Shown here: piece by piece, positions 13,365 to 26,900 of the stretch
Layout of the letters: each line of letters opens with the position of its first letter
Position numbering within the stretch: the stretch's first letter is position 1
NCBI GenBank assembly: GCA_051294375.1
Contig: CM119263.1
Span: 2,917,573 to 2,981,572, forward strand
Length of the DNA: 64,000 bases
Reading direction: 5' to 3'
From: Paraspadella gotoi
Lineage: Eukaryota > Animalia > Chaetognatha
The notes under the pieces: generated by a model
Database searches by the model: none
The model's input: the letters and a program-made list of their open reading frames with translations, nothing else
Told to the model about the DNA's origin: nothing
Made by a program: the position numbers and the translations under genes

Positions 13365-13545
13365 CAGAACGCCCCATTTTTAACTTAAATTCGGAATTAA
13401 GTAAAACTTTTGTATTAAAGATTAGTTATAGGTTGGGGGTTAAAGTTTAGGTTAGAGATTAGTGTTAGAGATTAGGGTTAAGGATTAAAGGGAAGGGTCT
13501 TGGGTTATGATTTGAGTTAGGGATTTAGGTTAAATATTAAAATTT
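13365..13545 (+). repeat. Short dispersed element with degenerate TTAGGG-like core
   Basis: gccccatttttaacttaaattcggaatt followed by ttaggtt/ttaggg-like repeats. An inverted relative lies at 40775-40972. Confidence 0.55.
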
Positions 13546-14536
13546 AAACTAAAATTTTAGTTAATAAATGAACAGAAATGGAACACTATATAGAAAAGCG
13601 AGCCCTGTAATATTCTTCCGACTTTTTTAATCTTCCTCCATTAAACTGTTTTTATCGTTAACCTTTTTTCATCTTCCTTCGTCAAAATTTTTTCATTCAT
13701 CTTCTTTATCAACGTAATTTTTTCTCTCTCTTCATTTCTTCCTCCTATCTCCGAAACTCCATCTTTATGTTGACGAGAAACCTGCGAAGGCGGTTTTTTT
13801 TTTCTTGACTCCCTCCTCCTCCTCCCTCCCTCTCCCTCCTTCCTTCTATCTTGTTTATGTTTACTCTGGGCGAATTCTCTCTTTGCCTCCTTCTCTCTCA
13901 GCTTCGTCCTCCCCGGATTTGATTATCTGGGCAGGAGGGTCCCTCCCCCACCCGCCCCCCCACCTCTTTTATCTAACCCAATTTTCCCCCCTAAAATTCT
14001 GGCCACGCCTCCCAACCCCACTGAGCTTACCCTCCCACTAACCCCTCCACGCCCACGTGCCGTCAACCACATCGTCACGTGATCTCCAGCTACTCGACGC
14101 CAAAAATCCATTTCGCGATTTTTTTTTTTCTCTCTCTCTTTTCCGCGCGGATTTAGAATCGAAACTCTTTGGCTTTTTCGTTTCAGATTTTAGAGAGTGG
14201 GAATGATGAGCAGAGAGAGAGAGAGAGAGGAGAGATGGGAGAGAGAGAGAGAGAGAGAGAAAATAGGAAGTACATTTACTGTAAAAACCATAAATTTTTA
14301 CGTCTTACCTCTACATTTCATTTATTTAAATAAAATACTTGCATATTAAAAGAATAATAATAAGAAAATAACGGTATATAACGTGATAATTCCTAAGTGC
14401 ACTTAAAACCATCCACCAGGCTTCGCCTCTCATTATTTATTTTCTCGGAAATTCGTCGACTTGTTATCGAGGTTTCGTCACGTTTTCACGAACTTTTCCG
14501 AAAGTGGGGGAGGCCTCCTCTCTTCCTCTCTCTCTC

Positions 14537-14622
<86 letters not shown>

Positions 14623-17567
14623 AAACTCCCTCACCCTCACACTTCTCTCTTTCACCCTATTCGCGCCTAATAACGACTTTGTCAGAGAATGCAAAGCGCC
14701 GCAACCTCGGGTAAGCGGCGTTCCTCCGAAATATTCATAAATCTAAGCATAAACAAAAGAGGCAACGGAGATCCCGGTGGCGCGGGGATCGCAAACCGGG
14801 TCTTCTCGTTCGATTCCCGCGACATCAAACCGGAATTTTACTATGAAGAAAAATTATATGAGGCGTTGGATTCGTTGGAGGCGACCTCTGTGGCAACGGA
14901 TGACGTCAGACTCTGCGTCACCAGGCGACGCGTCATAAAAAAATAAACAAAACAAAAGTCACGACCAAGATCGTAAAGGAGACGGAGAATTGACTCTTGT
15001 TTTTCGCTGTCTCTCGTCTTTTTGTCTCTCTCTCAGCCTTTAATTACTATCTTTTTTATCTTCTACCTGCATCTGTCTTTATCCGCATCTCTATCTTTAA
15101 CACTATCTTTTTCATCCATTTATTGTTTTCCCAGGCCTCTGTCCTCCTCTCTCAATCACTATCTTTATCTCTATCCCCATTCCTTCTATCCTCTTTTTCT
15201 GTCTGTCTCTCACTATCTCAATCCTACGTTCACAAGCCTTTCCGACGTTTCCGCTCGGTCACAGCAGGACCGCGTGAAACTGACCGTAAAAATGGGACCA
15301 ATTTATTCTTCGGATGGAAAATAAGACGAAAAAAACAGGTTTCTGTTTCCTTGGAAACGTCTTCCAGGTTGACGACGAAAAAGAGATCAGAGTCGTAAAC
15401 GCGAAAAAGACTCAAACGATGCGGCGCCAAGTTCTAAAAATGAAACAACATACTAAAAATATTATTAACGATAATGAAACTAAAATAATAATAATGAGAT
15501 GTTTTATATATTTCAATTTATAAATATTAATATTTAACTTTGTATTTACGGTCGTCGCTGCGCTGTTAGCGCGTGACCGTAGAGGGAGAAAGTGGCTCGA
15601 CGTCCGACGGCCGTGAATATGCGATATCGGAGTCTTACTTTGCCTTGGACTTAATTATCAGTCTAATTATGAACTGTTTTAATCATCGCTTGATTTTGTA
15701 ATAATTCGAGTGATCGATCGACTTAAAAAAGTTTCCTTTTCGAGTATGCGGCCAGCATCTCAAAAAAAAAACGTGAGGAAGGCTGCGTTCGGTGGGGAAC
15801 GTCTCTCGGAATGGATGGCCACGGACGCACGCTCCTCGGATGATCCGAGTTCCGGGGGCGACGGAACCGACAAGTTCGAGAGAACCGCGGCCGACATGTC
15901 GGTCGCGGATTCAATGTCGGTTTCTGCATGTCGTTCTCTTCTCTTACGACCTGTGGACGATGGGGAGGGGGTCTGATGGCGCGAAGGGGGCAAAGGACGG
16001 AGGGGCGGAGGAATGGCCTCTTGGCCGAATACGACTCCAAAATTATAACTTAAACAGATGAACATTTTATTTTCGGCATATGAATAAGTGACAAGGACCA
16101 CCGCGACCATTTCACATGATCCAGATCCAAAAAATGTTAGAATTCGGATTTTGACGAATGGAATTAATGTATGACACACCAAAGTATATTAAAATATTTT
16201 GTTGTCCTTAATTAATTAATCTGGCCATGATGTGATTCGATCAGCGACAAAAATTCATTATGTTCAATCAGCGAAAACCAGCAACTTTTGAATTTAATGA
16301 TTTTAAGATTGCTAATTTATCAGATTTTCAATTGATGATGTATTTTGATATATAACTAACTAATAGCCAAAAATTTTGCACTAAACTACATTCCCCCGAA
16401 AACTACATTTTTCGTATTTTTCTTCGGACAGCGAATCACGTTTCCACAGGATCTGACGAAAGCAAAAATCTATTCCTCTCATCTTTCAGACTTTCTTTTT
16501 CGCCCCAATGTGTGACAGCTGACAAAAGTTGTCGCTCCCTCGCTCTGTCGGTCCTTCATCGCTTTGCAGAGCAGGGAGAGAAGAGAGAGAGGAGAGAGAG
16601 CAGAGATGGTAAATTGTTGATTATTCTCTCCTTAACTACACTCTGACATATTTTGTGAGACTTCACGTCGGCCTCACCGCGATCCCTCCCTCCGCAAATA
16701 TTCTCCATTCATGTTTCCCATTTTCTTTGTCTCTTATGCCTTTTTTTCTGTTTTCTAATTTCTTTTTTTTTAGATTCTATATTTTCTCGTTTCCAATTTC
16801 CTCTTTTTCTTCGTCTTATTACTCCTTTTCTTCTCCCTTTCCTAATCTCCATCTTTTTTTGTTTTTTTTGTCAGCTCGTCATTTTCACTCACTCTATATC
16901 TTCCCGTTCTTTCGCCGCAATTCTCTCTCGTCTTCTCCTCGTCTCTCTCTCTCTTCTCTCCTTCTCTCTCTCCTCTCTCTCTTACTCTTCCTTACCCCAC
17001 ACCTCTTCAATCTCATTTGTCGCAGGTGGGAAAGTTTTTTCTAGTTCGCTTACTTTTTTTTCGCCTCCCATATTCGCTTCAGTATTTTTTTTCCAGAGAG
17101 AGAGAGATGTTGAAAAAATTTAACGAGGAAAATATGATAATTTCTTTTCCTTCAACTTTTCTGGTCTCGAGTACTTTACCTTAACAAACTTTACTTAAAT
17201 ATGTCATTAATTACCAATTCATCCATTTTCATAATTTTTTATTATTTTCTCGACCGCGAATTTTGTAAACTATTATCTAAAAGCTTAATTTTCCACAGGA
17301 TTTTACGTTTATTTCCACGTAATTAATCCTGTATACAATTAAAATCCAAAACAGATTCTGTTTACCCGTAAATATATATATGTTAAAATTGCAAGAGTTA
17401 CTGTTTACTCATATTTAGACTTTTAATATCTAAATATATATATATTAATAATAATATTGATATATCTTATTGTTAACATTGTAAATTGCATTGAAAAATC
17501 GCATTTTGTAAAAAAATTTATAAATTTTCTCGGCACAGTAGCTGAACGGACATCTGGGAAAAAGTTC

Positions 17568-17609
<42 letters not shown>

Positions 17610-19014
17610 GAGAGAGAGTAGGAGAGACGAGAGAGGAGAGATCGCTTGGAGGCGGCCAAAATTCCAACTCCAGCAAAAAAAACTCGTACCAAGAAAGAAA
17701 AATTGTCGTCCGCGGGACGACGACGACGCACGACGACGACGACGACAGCGACGACGCGACGACGACAACTGATAAACGGAATTAGAATAAATGACAAGAG
17801 AGGTGTTTTCGTAGATTGAAATTATCGCGAAAAGAAAGATTTTCCTTCCCCAACCTCTTTTTTCCGTTTTCCCCTTCAAACCACACAACTTACCCAACAA
17901 CTTACCGCTACACTATTCCCAACCCCCCCCCGAGTTGGCGCAGATTCGATGAGTCGGCCATCGTCGTTCAAAGTGGAAAGAAAACGGATGGATGGCGACG
18001 AGATTACGACCTCAAGTTCCTAATTGGAGTTTTAACAAGCGGACATCTCGCCGAGGATTTTTGGACGCTTAATTAGGAAACGAAATATGCAGCATCGCAA
18101 CTTTTTTTTAATTTAGTGAACTTATGTATAGACCGTCTGGCAATAGCGTCTACGTATTACTGAATAAATTATAAAACAATACACAAAATTTTAATTTTTT
18201 CTTACATTTACGATTCCTTACAATTCGTTTCGAGACTGCCCTGCACCAAAAGGTTAGTGACTTAGAGATAAAAGTCTAAATAAAAGTATTGACAGACCGA
18301 CCTAGACCTACCCATTCGTCTTTAAGTGGTGTAATTGGAAATGTTACGAACAATCGTAGCGTGGACTTTGAAGGGAAATTTCTGCTCAGCGAGTTTTCGG
18401 CCTAAACTTCAAATCTTAAACTTACTTCCTTTTTATTTTAAAACGTTTTCTCACCTTACTTACCTGTTAGAGCTTCTACGACCCCATCGCCGTTCTAACT
18501 AAACATTGCTTTGCCAAGATACATGGTGTTTTTACGGAGTCCAAACGACTCGGTTTCCTGGTGCCCATAATTAAACCCCACGTCGCTGTTTTATTGAGAC
18601 CAACACCTGGAAAGCGAGGAATGATTCCGTTTTTTCTTCTTCCGTCAGAATTTCAGTTAAGAAGAGAGAGTGGGATGGAAAGTGAGAGAGACTTGAATAT
18701 TTAAAAGGGATTTGTTTCTTATTCTCTTAGTCTCTCATAAATTGTTTAAATTATCGAGAAAAAATACCTTACAAACAAAAATATGTTAAGATGTTCAACG
18801 AAACTTTTCTACTTTGTTTTTATTTTTTGTTATTTTGAGCCAAAAAAAAACAGTGAGCGTAAAAAAGGAATAAAAGCACAAATTCAGGCAAGCTCAGTTT
18901 GAAAGAAAGCGATTGCGATTGGTGCTCTAGTGGAAAGTCTCCAAACTGCAAAGGGAAAGCTGAAGCAAAAATAAGAAGAGTTGACATCGTCTCTCTTCTC
19001 TCTCTCTCTCTCTC

Positions 19015-19048
<34 letters not shown>

Positions 19049-19603
19049 CNNNNNNNNNNNNNNNNNNNNNNNNNNNNNNNNNNNNNNNNNNNNNNNNNNN
19101 NNNNNNNNNNNNNNNNNNNNNNNNNNNNNNNNNNNNNNNNNNNNNNNNNCCACGAAAATCTCGGATGTAAATTTGGGATTTTGTATTGATAAAAAATAAT
19201 AAATGGCGATAATAAAAATAGATAAAATAGAAAGAAGCTGAACAGAGCNNNNNNNNNNNNNNNNNNNNNNNNNNNNNNNNNNNNNNNNNNNNNNNNNNNN
19301 NNNNNNNNNNNNNNNNNNNNNNNNNNNNNNNNNNNNNNNNNNNNNNNNNNNNNNNNNNNNNNNNNNNNNNNNNNNNNNNNNNNNNNNNNNNNNNNNNNNN
19401 NNNNNNNNNNNNNNNNNNNNNNNNNNNNNNNNNNNNNNNNNNNNNNNNNNNNNNNNNNNNNNNNNNNNNNNNNNNNNNNNNNNNNNNNNNNNNNNNNNNN
19501 NNNNNNNNNNNNNNNNNNNNNNNNNNNNNNNNNNNNNNNNNNNNNNNNNNNNNNNNNNNNNNNNNGTGGTGAAAAAAAATGTGAATAAATTTTTGTTTTG
19601 TAA

Positions 19604-19880
19604 ATTGGAAGACGTTTTTTAATGTTTTTCTACTTTATTTGTAAAAACGTCCATGTTTCGGCTTACATACAAGCCTTCTTCAGCGTTAACAAATTATTTG
19701 TGAATTTTAAAATTGATTAGTGCAAAAGAAGAAGAGAAAGAGAGAGAAAGAGAGAAAAAATCATTTTTTTAAAATTCACAATAATTTGTTAACGCTGAAA
19801 GAGGCTTGTATGTAAGCCGAAACATGTACGTTTTTACAAATAAAGTCGTTGTTAGAAAAACATTAAAAACGTCTTCCAAT
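19604..19880. repeat. Inverted repeat, ~110-bp arms (19604-19712 and 19767-19880) with ~55-bp purine-rich spacer
   Basis: attggaagacgtttttt...catgtttcggcttacatacaagcc...gtgaattttaaaa pairs with ttttaaaattcac...ggcttgtatgtaagccgaaacatg...aaaaacgtcttccaat. Confidence 0.85.
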
Positions 19881-19951
19881 ACGCAATCACAACGAAAAAG
19901 AAAGGAAATTTCACGACGTTGTTTTGTAAAAAAAAAAAAAGAGAGAGAGGT

Positions 19952-19987
<36 letters not shown>

Positions 19988-22110
19988 AAGTTTTCCGCCA
20001 ACGATACGCAATATTAGGTCACTCTCGTTTATATCGGCGTATCTCGTCAAGTGATTTTTTTATACACGTAACGTTTCCGTTGCCATCAAAACGTGTTATT
20101 AGGTCATGTTCCTCGACATTGTTTACTCTCGTTGCCCTGCAACGGCCACGAAATCCGGTCAAGTAAGATATTCTTCATATTTTCTCAAAAAAATCAACGA
20201 AAAATCTCAGATGTAAATTTGGGAAATAAGCGCGGAATAAATGGCGATAATAAAAGTTTTTAGAAGGAAAAAATAATCAGAATTTTTCAAAAAAACGAAC
20301 GATCACGCAAGACCGTCTCGTCTTTTTCTTAAAAAGAAAAAAATATATATATAATTTAAAGAAATAAAAGAAAGGCTAAAATATGTTACAATTGTTTACA
20401 ATTGGAATTTTTTCAATATTTTCCAATCGCAGCTTGTAAAAGATTTTATTTTTATTTGGTATTAAAATTAAGATATAGCTTCTCATTAAAAAGTTATTTT
20501 GAGTTCCCATTTTTATTATAGATTTAAAAAATTTTTTTTGAATTTCATCTTCAATATTATATACTGCAATATGTAAATTAGATTAAAGCATTTTCTATAT
20601 ACTAATTTGGATATTATAAATGAGTACTATAATCTCATTTGCATATTGCAGTAAATCATAATGAAGGTGGAATTCAAACAAAAAATACCTAAATCCAAAT
20701 GTAATACGAAAATATCAAAGCTATTTCATGATGAGAAGCCATATCTAAATTTTTAACTTACTATGATCGCACACTTTTGTAAAACTTTATCATAATTCAT
20801 AATAATTTCTATTTTAAAAAAAACGGTAAGTCCCAACCAAACCTATAAAAGCGTAGTAGTTTTTATATAAAAATAGCGTGACGCCGACGACGACGACGAC
20901 GACGACGTCACAAAGAAGCAAATCTAAAACATTATAGAGCCTGAACCGGTTTCGCCGGTCATGGCTCGATAAAAAATGAAAGAAAAGAAAAGCGAATAAG
21001 GACGACACGCGATGAAATGACAATCGATTAGGAATTGAAAGGGAAAAAATGTCGTCGAGTGTCCGGGTTAATTGACGACGAGTAATTTCGAAAATGAAAA
21101 TGTCATTCCCAGAGTTCCGAGTTAACCTAGGAAGATAACGAGTCGGTAACGAGCTTGTCACCATTGTGAAACAGACTTGAGATCCAAGGTTTTGCATCAA
21201 CGGGTTTTGCGTTCACTACTAAGTCAAATATTAAATTTTTAAATATTCTAAATATTAAAACGAGATTTAAACCTTTATTGATTCAAAGTGACAAATTTGG
21301 TATGAAATAACTGTTGAAGAAGGAAAAGAGAAAAGTATAAGGATTGGAGATAATTGCCAATATTAGGACGTAATAATAAGTATTCAAACATTTTTCTCCA
21401 AACCGCGCGCAGAAAATCGAGTAGTTGCTTTTGCTGCATCAAAGAAATTTCATAAAAATTAATATATCGCTTAAAAACTAAGAGAAAATTTTATTTGAAT
21501 ATTTATTCTGATTGTAAAAATCGTTGACAGTTTGAGAATAATGATTTTTAAAAATTTTGGTCTCGATATATTGTCCTACTCATTGAAATAAAATCTGGCT
21601 CGTTTGATATCAAAATATTGATAATTTGACAAGAGAAAAAAAAGGGACAGTCGGACAGTCATAATCAAGCATTTTTACATCTATTTTTTTATCGGAATTT
21701 TCCCCAGGGGCGTTTATAAAGTTTGGTCGTCAGATTTGAACGAAAATCTCCAAAATATTCCTCAACTTCTAAGAGCGACGTAGATTGCTACGTAATTGTA
21801 AAAGAAGCGGTGTATTGTGGAACGCTAGCACAGAGAAAAATTATTTCAAACATTATGATTTACTTTAAGGTGTACTAAGCCTTTCGAAATTTCTTTTTTA
21901 ATTAATATTATGCGACGAGTAATAACTTCCCAAAATAATTATTGGCTTGACGTTCTTTTTTTACTCTCCTTTCTTCGTTCGCTTGACAGATGTCCGATGT
22001 ACGATTTGAAATTTCGTTAGCAACAAAAAAGCATTTTCCGTTTCCTCGATTCACGACAGAAAAATACCTCATCACTCATATTCATAATATGTATACTGTA
22101 ATGTATAGTA

Positions 22111-22925
22111 TGAAATTGGTACAACCAATATAAAAATTATCATTCATTTAATAAAATATGCTATGTCATTATCTTGTAAGAGTGATGGAGGCCTTAAACC
22201 AGCAAAGCCTGTCCAAAGTCAGGGGCAAGATAGCTTATTTATTAAATGAATGGATAATTTTTATATTGGTTGTACCATTTCATAAAATTCAGCTCCTTGT
22301 ATTTTGATGCTAGTTCGAGTACAATAAGTATTACCCGATCTAATACTTAAGGGAGTGGTCTTCTCATACAATTGAAACATTCTTTGAAATATTTCCACTT
22401 CATTGATAGGGAAGCCAGGTACTCTGGGAGTGAATAAACAAGACTGTGAGAGTGTCTTGATTGAAAGCTTGCAGGGACCTGCTATGTCATTATCTTGTAA
22501 GAGTGATGGAGGCCTTAAACCAGCAAAGCCTGTCCAAAGTCAGGGGCAAGATAGCTTATTTATTAAATGAAGGAGATAATTTTATATTGGTTGTACCAAT
22601 TTCATAAAATTCAGCTCCTTGTATTTTGATGCTAGTTCGGAGTAATAAGTATTACCCGATCTAATACTTAAGGGAGTGGTCTTCTCATACAATTGAAACA
22701 TTCTTTGAAATATTTTCCACTTCATTGATAGGGAAGCCAGGTACTCTGGGAGTGAATAAACAAGACTGTGAGAGAGTCTTGTTGAAAGCTTGCAGGGACC
22801 TGCTATGTCATTATCTTGTAAGAGTGATGGAGGCCTTAAACCAGCAAAGCCTGTCCAAAGTCAGGGGCAAGATAGCTTATTTATTAAATGAATAGATAAT
22901 TTTTATATTGGTTGTACCAATTTCA
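22111..22925. mobile_element. Non-autonomous TIR element (MITE-like) flanked by TA, with ~48-bp imperfect TIRs and an internal ~321-bp tandem repeat (x2.4)
   Basis: Left end tgaaattggtacaaccaatataaaaattatc...taataaa is the reverse complement of right end tttattaaatgaatagataatttttatattggttgtaccaatttca. TA lies on both sides. The unit 'tgctatgtcattatcttgtaagagtgatgg' starts at 22159, 22480 and 22801. No ORF. Confidence 0.75.
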
Positions 22926-23943
22926 TATATTATATATATTTATGTATTCATATATATTATACATGAAAATTTATGATGAAATAACAGGTATTATAAATTA
23001 TTAAATAGTTTTATGATTTACGATTTACGTTTACGATTCATCTTTATGCAACAAACTCGCTGTTCTTTTTTTATCTCTCATTTCTTGCCAGCCTCACAGG
23101 TGTCGCTTTGGTACTATTGATAATTTCTGAACTGAAGCAATAAAAGAACATCGTGCAGCTCCTGGTAGCCTCGACAACAACGACCGTTGAATTCTGGCGG
23201 ACTGACGTGACCAACGGACTCGTCGTCAGTCGTGAACGCCCCGTCGTTCACCTCCCTTCTTTGCGCCCTATTTCAACTCGGGCATAATTAAGACACGATC
23301 TCCTCTCCTCTCATGTCTTCTACTACTCTTTTGGTGAGTTTTTTCCATTTTTATTATAAGTGCATCGGACACGGTGATTTAGTTCGTTTGCACTAAAAAA
23401 TGGCGCAAAATAAACATTGTAGCAGCTACTTTGTTTCTAATTACTTTACTGTGGTTTGTTATTTTTTTTGTTGTTAAATGATACCTGTTCATGTTAGGAC
23501 CCGAAGTTAGATTATGGATGTAACATATATGAGACCGGCTTTATTGTTTTGGCAGAAACATATACCGTATTAAATATTTGAATTAATGTTAATTTTCTTT
23601 TCAGGCGTCATATTACCGGTGCCAATGTAGCATGTTTACGATCAGGAAAAAACAATGACTTGATTTTAATGTCAGTTGGCCTCATGAAAACGTTGGATCA
23701 TCGTATTTTCTGTTCACTATAAAACATTTTATTTTAGTTTTTGCTTTTATAATGAGTGTATTTATTGATATAGCCCTTCAATGAAAAGAAACATGAAAAC
23801 CAACAATATCGCCAACAACTACTGGGACTCTGCGGACTAAGCTCAAGATAATTACCTTCAATTGAAAGAAAAAAAACTTAAATGACGATGAACGACTATG
23901 TCGAGAAACCTACGCGTAACCAGCGCTCTGATTTTTCGCAAAA

Positions 23944-26900
23944 ATGAGTGACTCCATCGAGAATTACGACATCTACAATCTGGTTGGGCGTGGCGGGTTC
24001 GCCAAAGTCTACCGAGCAAGATGTCGCGCGTCGGGCGAGGAGGTGGCGATCAAGATGATCGACAAGGCAGTCATCGTGGAGAAGCGAATGGAGAAGCGAG
24101 TGCAGCAGGAGGTGCGTCATCATCTCCTTCATGGATTCGGAGTCATCTTTTGAAGGATTTTCATTCGGTTCTTTTTTCCGTCTTCAGGTGGAAATTCACT
24201 CGAAGCTGGTGAATCCTCACATCCTAAAAGTGATGAGCTTCTTCGAGGACGAATCCAAAGTTTATTTGGTCCTCGAGTTTTGCGAAAACGGAGAGCTCAA
24301 CCGGTTCCTTCAGAAGAGAGGATATCCCTTCAACGAGTCGGAAGCCAAGCTCCTCATCCAACAGATCGTCCGCGGGATGCTCTATCTGCAAAAGCACAAC
24401 ATTCTGCATCGCGATTTGAGTTTGGGTACGATGGGCGAAGTCGTTGGTGAGAGAAAGATTTCAATTATTTTATTTATTAAATAATATTCGCTTTAGGCAA
24501 CATGTTGTTGACGGCGTCCAAGGAGGTCAAGATCGCCGACTTCGGTCTCGCCGCTCAACTCGGCCACGTCGACGAGAAACACTTCACGATGTGCGGCACG
24601 CCCAACTTCATCTCGCCCGAGATCGTCTCCCAACGCGCCCACGATTTGAAGGCGGACGTTTGGAGTCTCGGCTGCATGATCTACACGCTGCTCGTGGGTC
24701 ACGCCCCCTTCGATACAAACGAGATCAACTCGACGCTAAGAAGGTGAAGGCTTTTATTCGTATGTATTTTTTGTTACTTTGTGTATTTACCTATTGCATT
24801 TGTTTGCCTAATAAATAAATCTTGACTCTGCCAGAGTGAAGAACGGAGATTTCGAAATTCCTAACCACGTGTCTCCTCTCGGTCGCGATCTCATTCGATC
24901 GCTTCTTCGCAAGAATCCCAACGATCGCCTCCCATTGGATCGCGTCCTCACTCATCCCTTCTTGAGCGACTCGGCCTTCGGACGAGATCGAGGCCACGCC
25001 CACAGTCTCGAGGATGACGAGGTCTTCGGCGGCGTCCGATCGCTGCCGCCGGCGAAGGCGCGTGAACAGACGTTGGGGAGCGACGGGTCCAGCGGACGAG
25101 GCTCGCAGGTGGGATGGAGAGCCGGAGAGAGGGACTGAAGGTCTGAAGGTGGTTTTGAAGACCAAGTTGTTCTCGTGTGTTCAAAGTAAAATAACGGTAA
25201 AGTTAAGAACCTAAGAGGCAAAGTTAAGATTTTAGGTTTCAAAACAGTTTAGATTTCACGCCGCTTGACGAACAATGCAAGTGAGAGATATCAGACCAGT
25301 TTACTCACCTTTACTACAATGAAATAGCACTTGAATTATCCTATTTACGTTAATGTCGTGATCCAAATGGCCCGCAGGACTCGAAGCAGTTTGGTTCCCG
25401 TCAGCGAGCCTCTCCTACTTCTCTCTTCACTCAACGTCCGTCGCCGCCGACTTCCAACTTTGGCGGGATTCAGTCTCGAGTGCGGATTCGATCCCGGGAC
25501 CCGTCGCCTCCTGTACGGATGAGGAGCAGACCAGAAGAATTGCGCGGCGTTGAGACCAGTATGGGTAAGTTGCACCTGGTATTGCATGGGCTCTGTTGAA
25601 GTGGGAAGAGTTTCCAGAATTTTTATTTCTCTTCCCCAGACCGACTTAAATCAGAAGCGCTCCGCCTGCAACCTTGCGGAAACTCGAAACCGCCGCCAGG
25701 AGTTAACCTATTGGAAGATCTCAAATGCAGCATCGTTCTGGATTCTGCTTCCAACGCGGCTAACGTCTCGCGCTCTTTCCGTCCGGACAACGCGGTCAAA
25801 CGGACCTTCAACAATCGAATTACCAGCTTCGAAGAAATTGACAAGGAAAACGAAAGCAGGTTTGGAATTTGCGTTGAATTTTTTTATTCTTCTATGTAAC
25901 CTTTATTTTAGTTTATTATTCAATGTTTATTTACTTAATTAGTTCGTCGAGCGACAGAAAGCGACGTCTTTTGCCGTCATCCTCATCGTCTTTAAATCCT
26001 CTTCCATCCTCCGGCGATTCGCTCTCTCACGTTCCTTCGCTCAAAAACTCGCAAAGCGAATGCAGTTCGAGCGGATCGCCTCGAGAACCTCCAAAAGTGA
26101 AAGAGGCCGACGGAGAGGCGAAGAAAACTGCCCGGTCGGGGAAACCCTCGGCGCCGTTGCAGACCCTGAGGCTGCGTCCTTATCGTCAGCGGCACAACCG
26201 GTCCGTCATGTCGATATTGGACGACGGACGAGTTTGCATCGAGCTGCTCAAAGAGGATCGTGTTAAGGAGGTGAGGATTAGTATAAAAATAAATTGAATC
26301 TTGAACCTATAGTTTAGTATAGTTAATATTTATTATTAATCTTAAAAACAAACGGATTACTATTAGGTTCTAACCGTTTCCTCGGATGGAAACGTGGTCA
26401 CTTTATTTCGACCAAATGGAGGAAAAGGTGTGGCTCTTCACGACACTCCTTTGACGAAGCCACCGGAAGGTGACAATGTTCAGGTAGGAAGATTTAATTC
26501 TTCGTTATTAATTATATTGTGTTTATAAATATTATTATCCTGTTAGGTGTATCAGTTCAACGAACTTCCTCAGAAATTAATCGGAAAGTACAACCTAGCC
26601 TCGGACTTTGTGCAACTCAACCGAACAATAACTCCGAAAGTCACTCTTTTTGGGGCCGAAGCAAAGTGTATGGTGATGGAAAGCGGAAATCCTGCCGACT
26701 ATCAGGCGAGCAATTAGTATTAAATAGTTTTTGTGAGAATTATTTCATTATTTTTATTTTCATTTTTCTGGTGACATACTTTTTTCTTAATTATAACTCC
26801 AGATCGCCTTTTACGACGGATGTCAGATCGTGGCGAGAGCCAAATCTGGCATCAAATTTATCGACAGCGATGGAACCTCGACAGCGTTTCCGGCTCCGAG

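Noticed and set aside
12634-13383. 249-aa ORF and the many SLSL/RERE ORFs throughout the track
   Set aside because: They are translations of polypyrimidine tracts, (CT)n/(GA)n microsatellites or N-gaps, with no protein signal.
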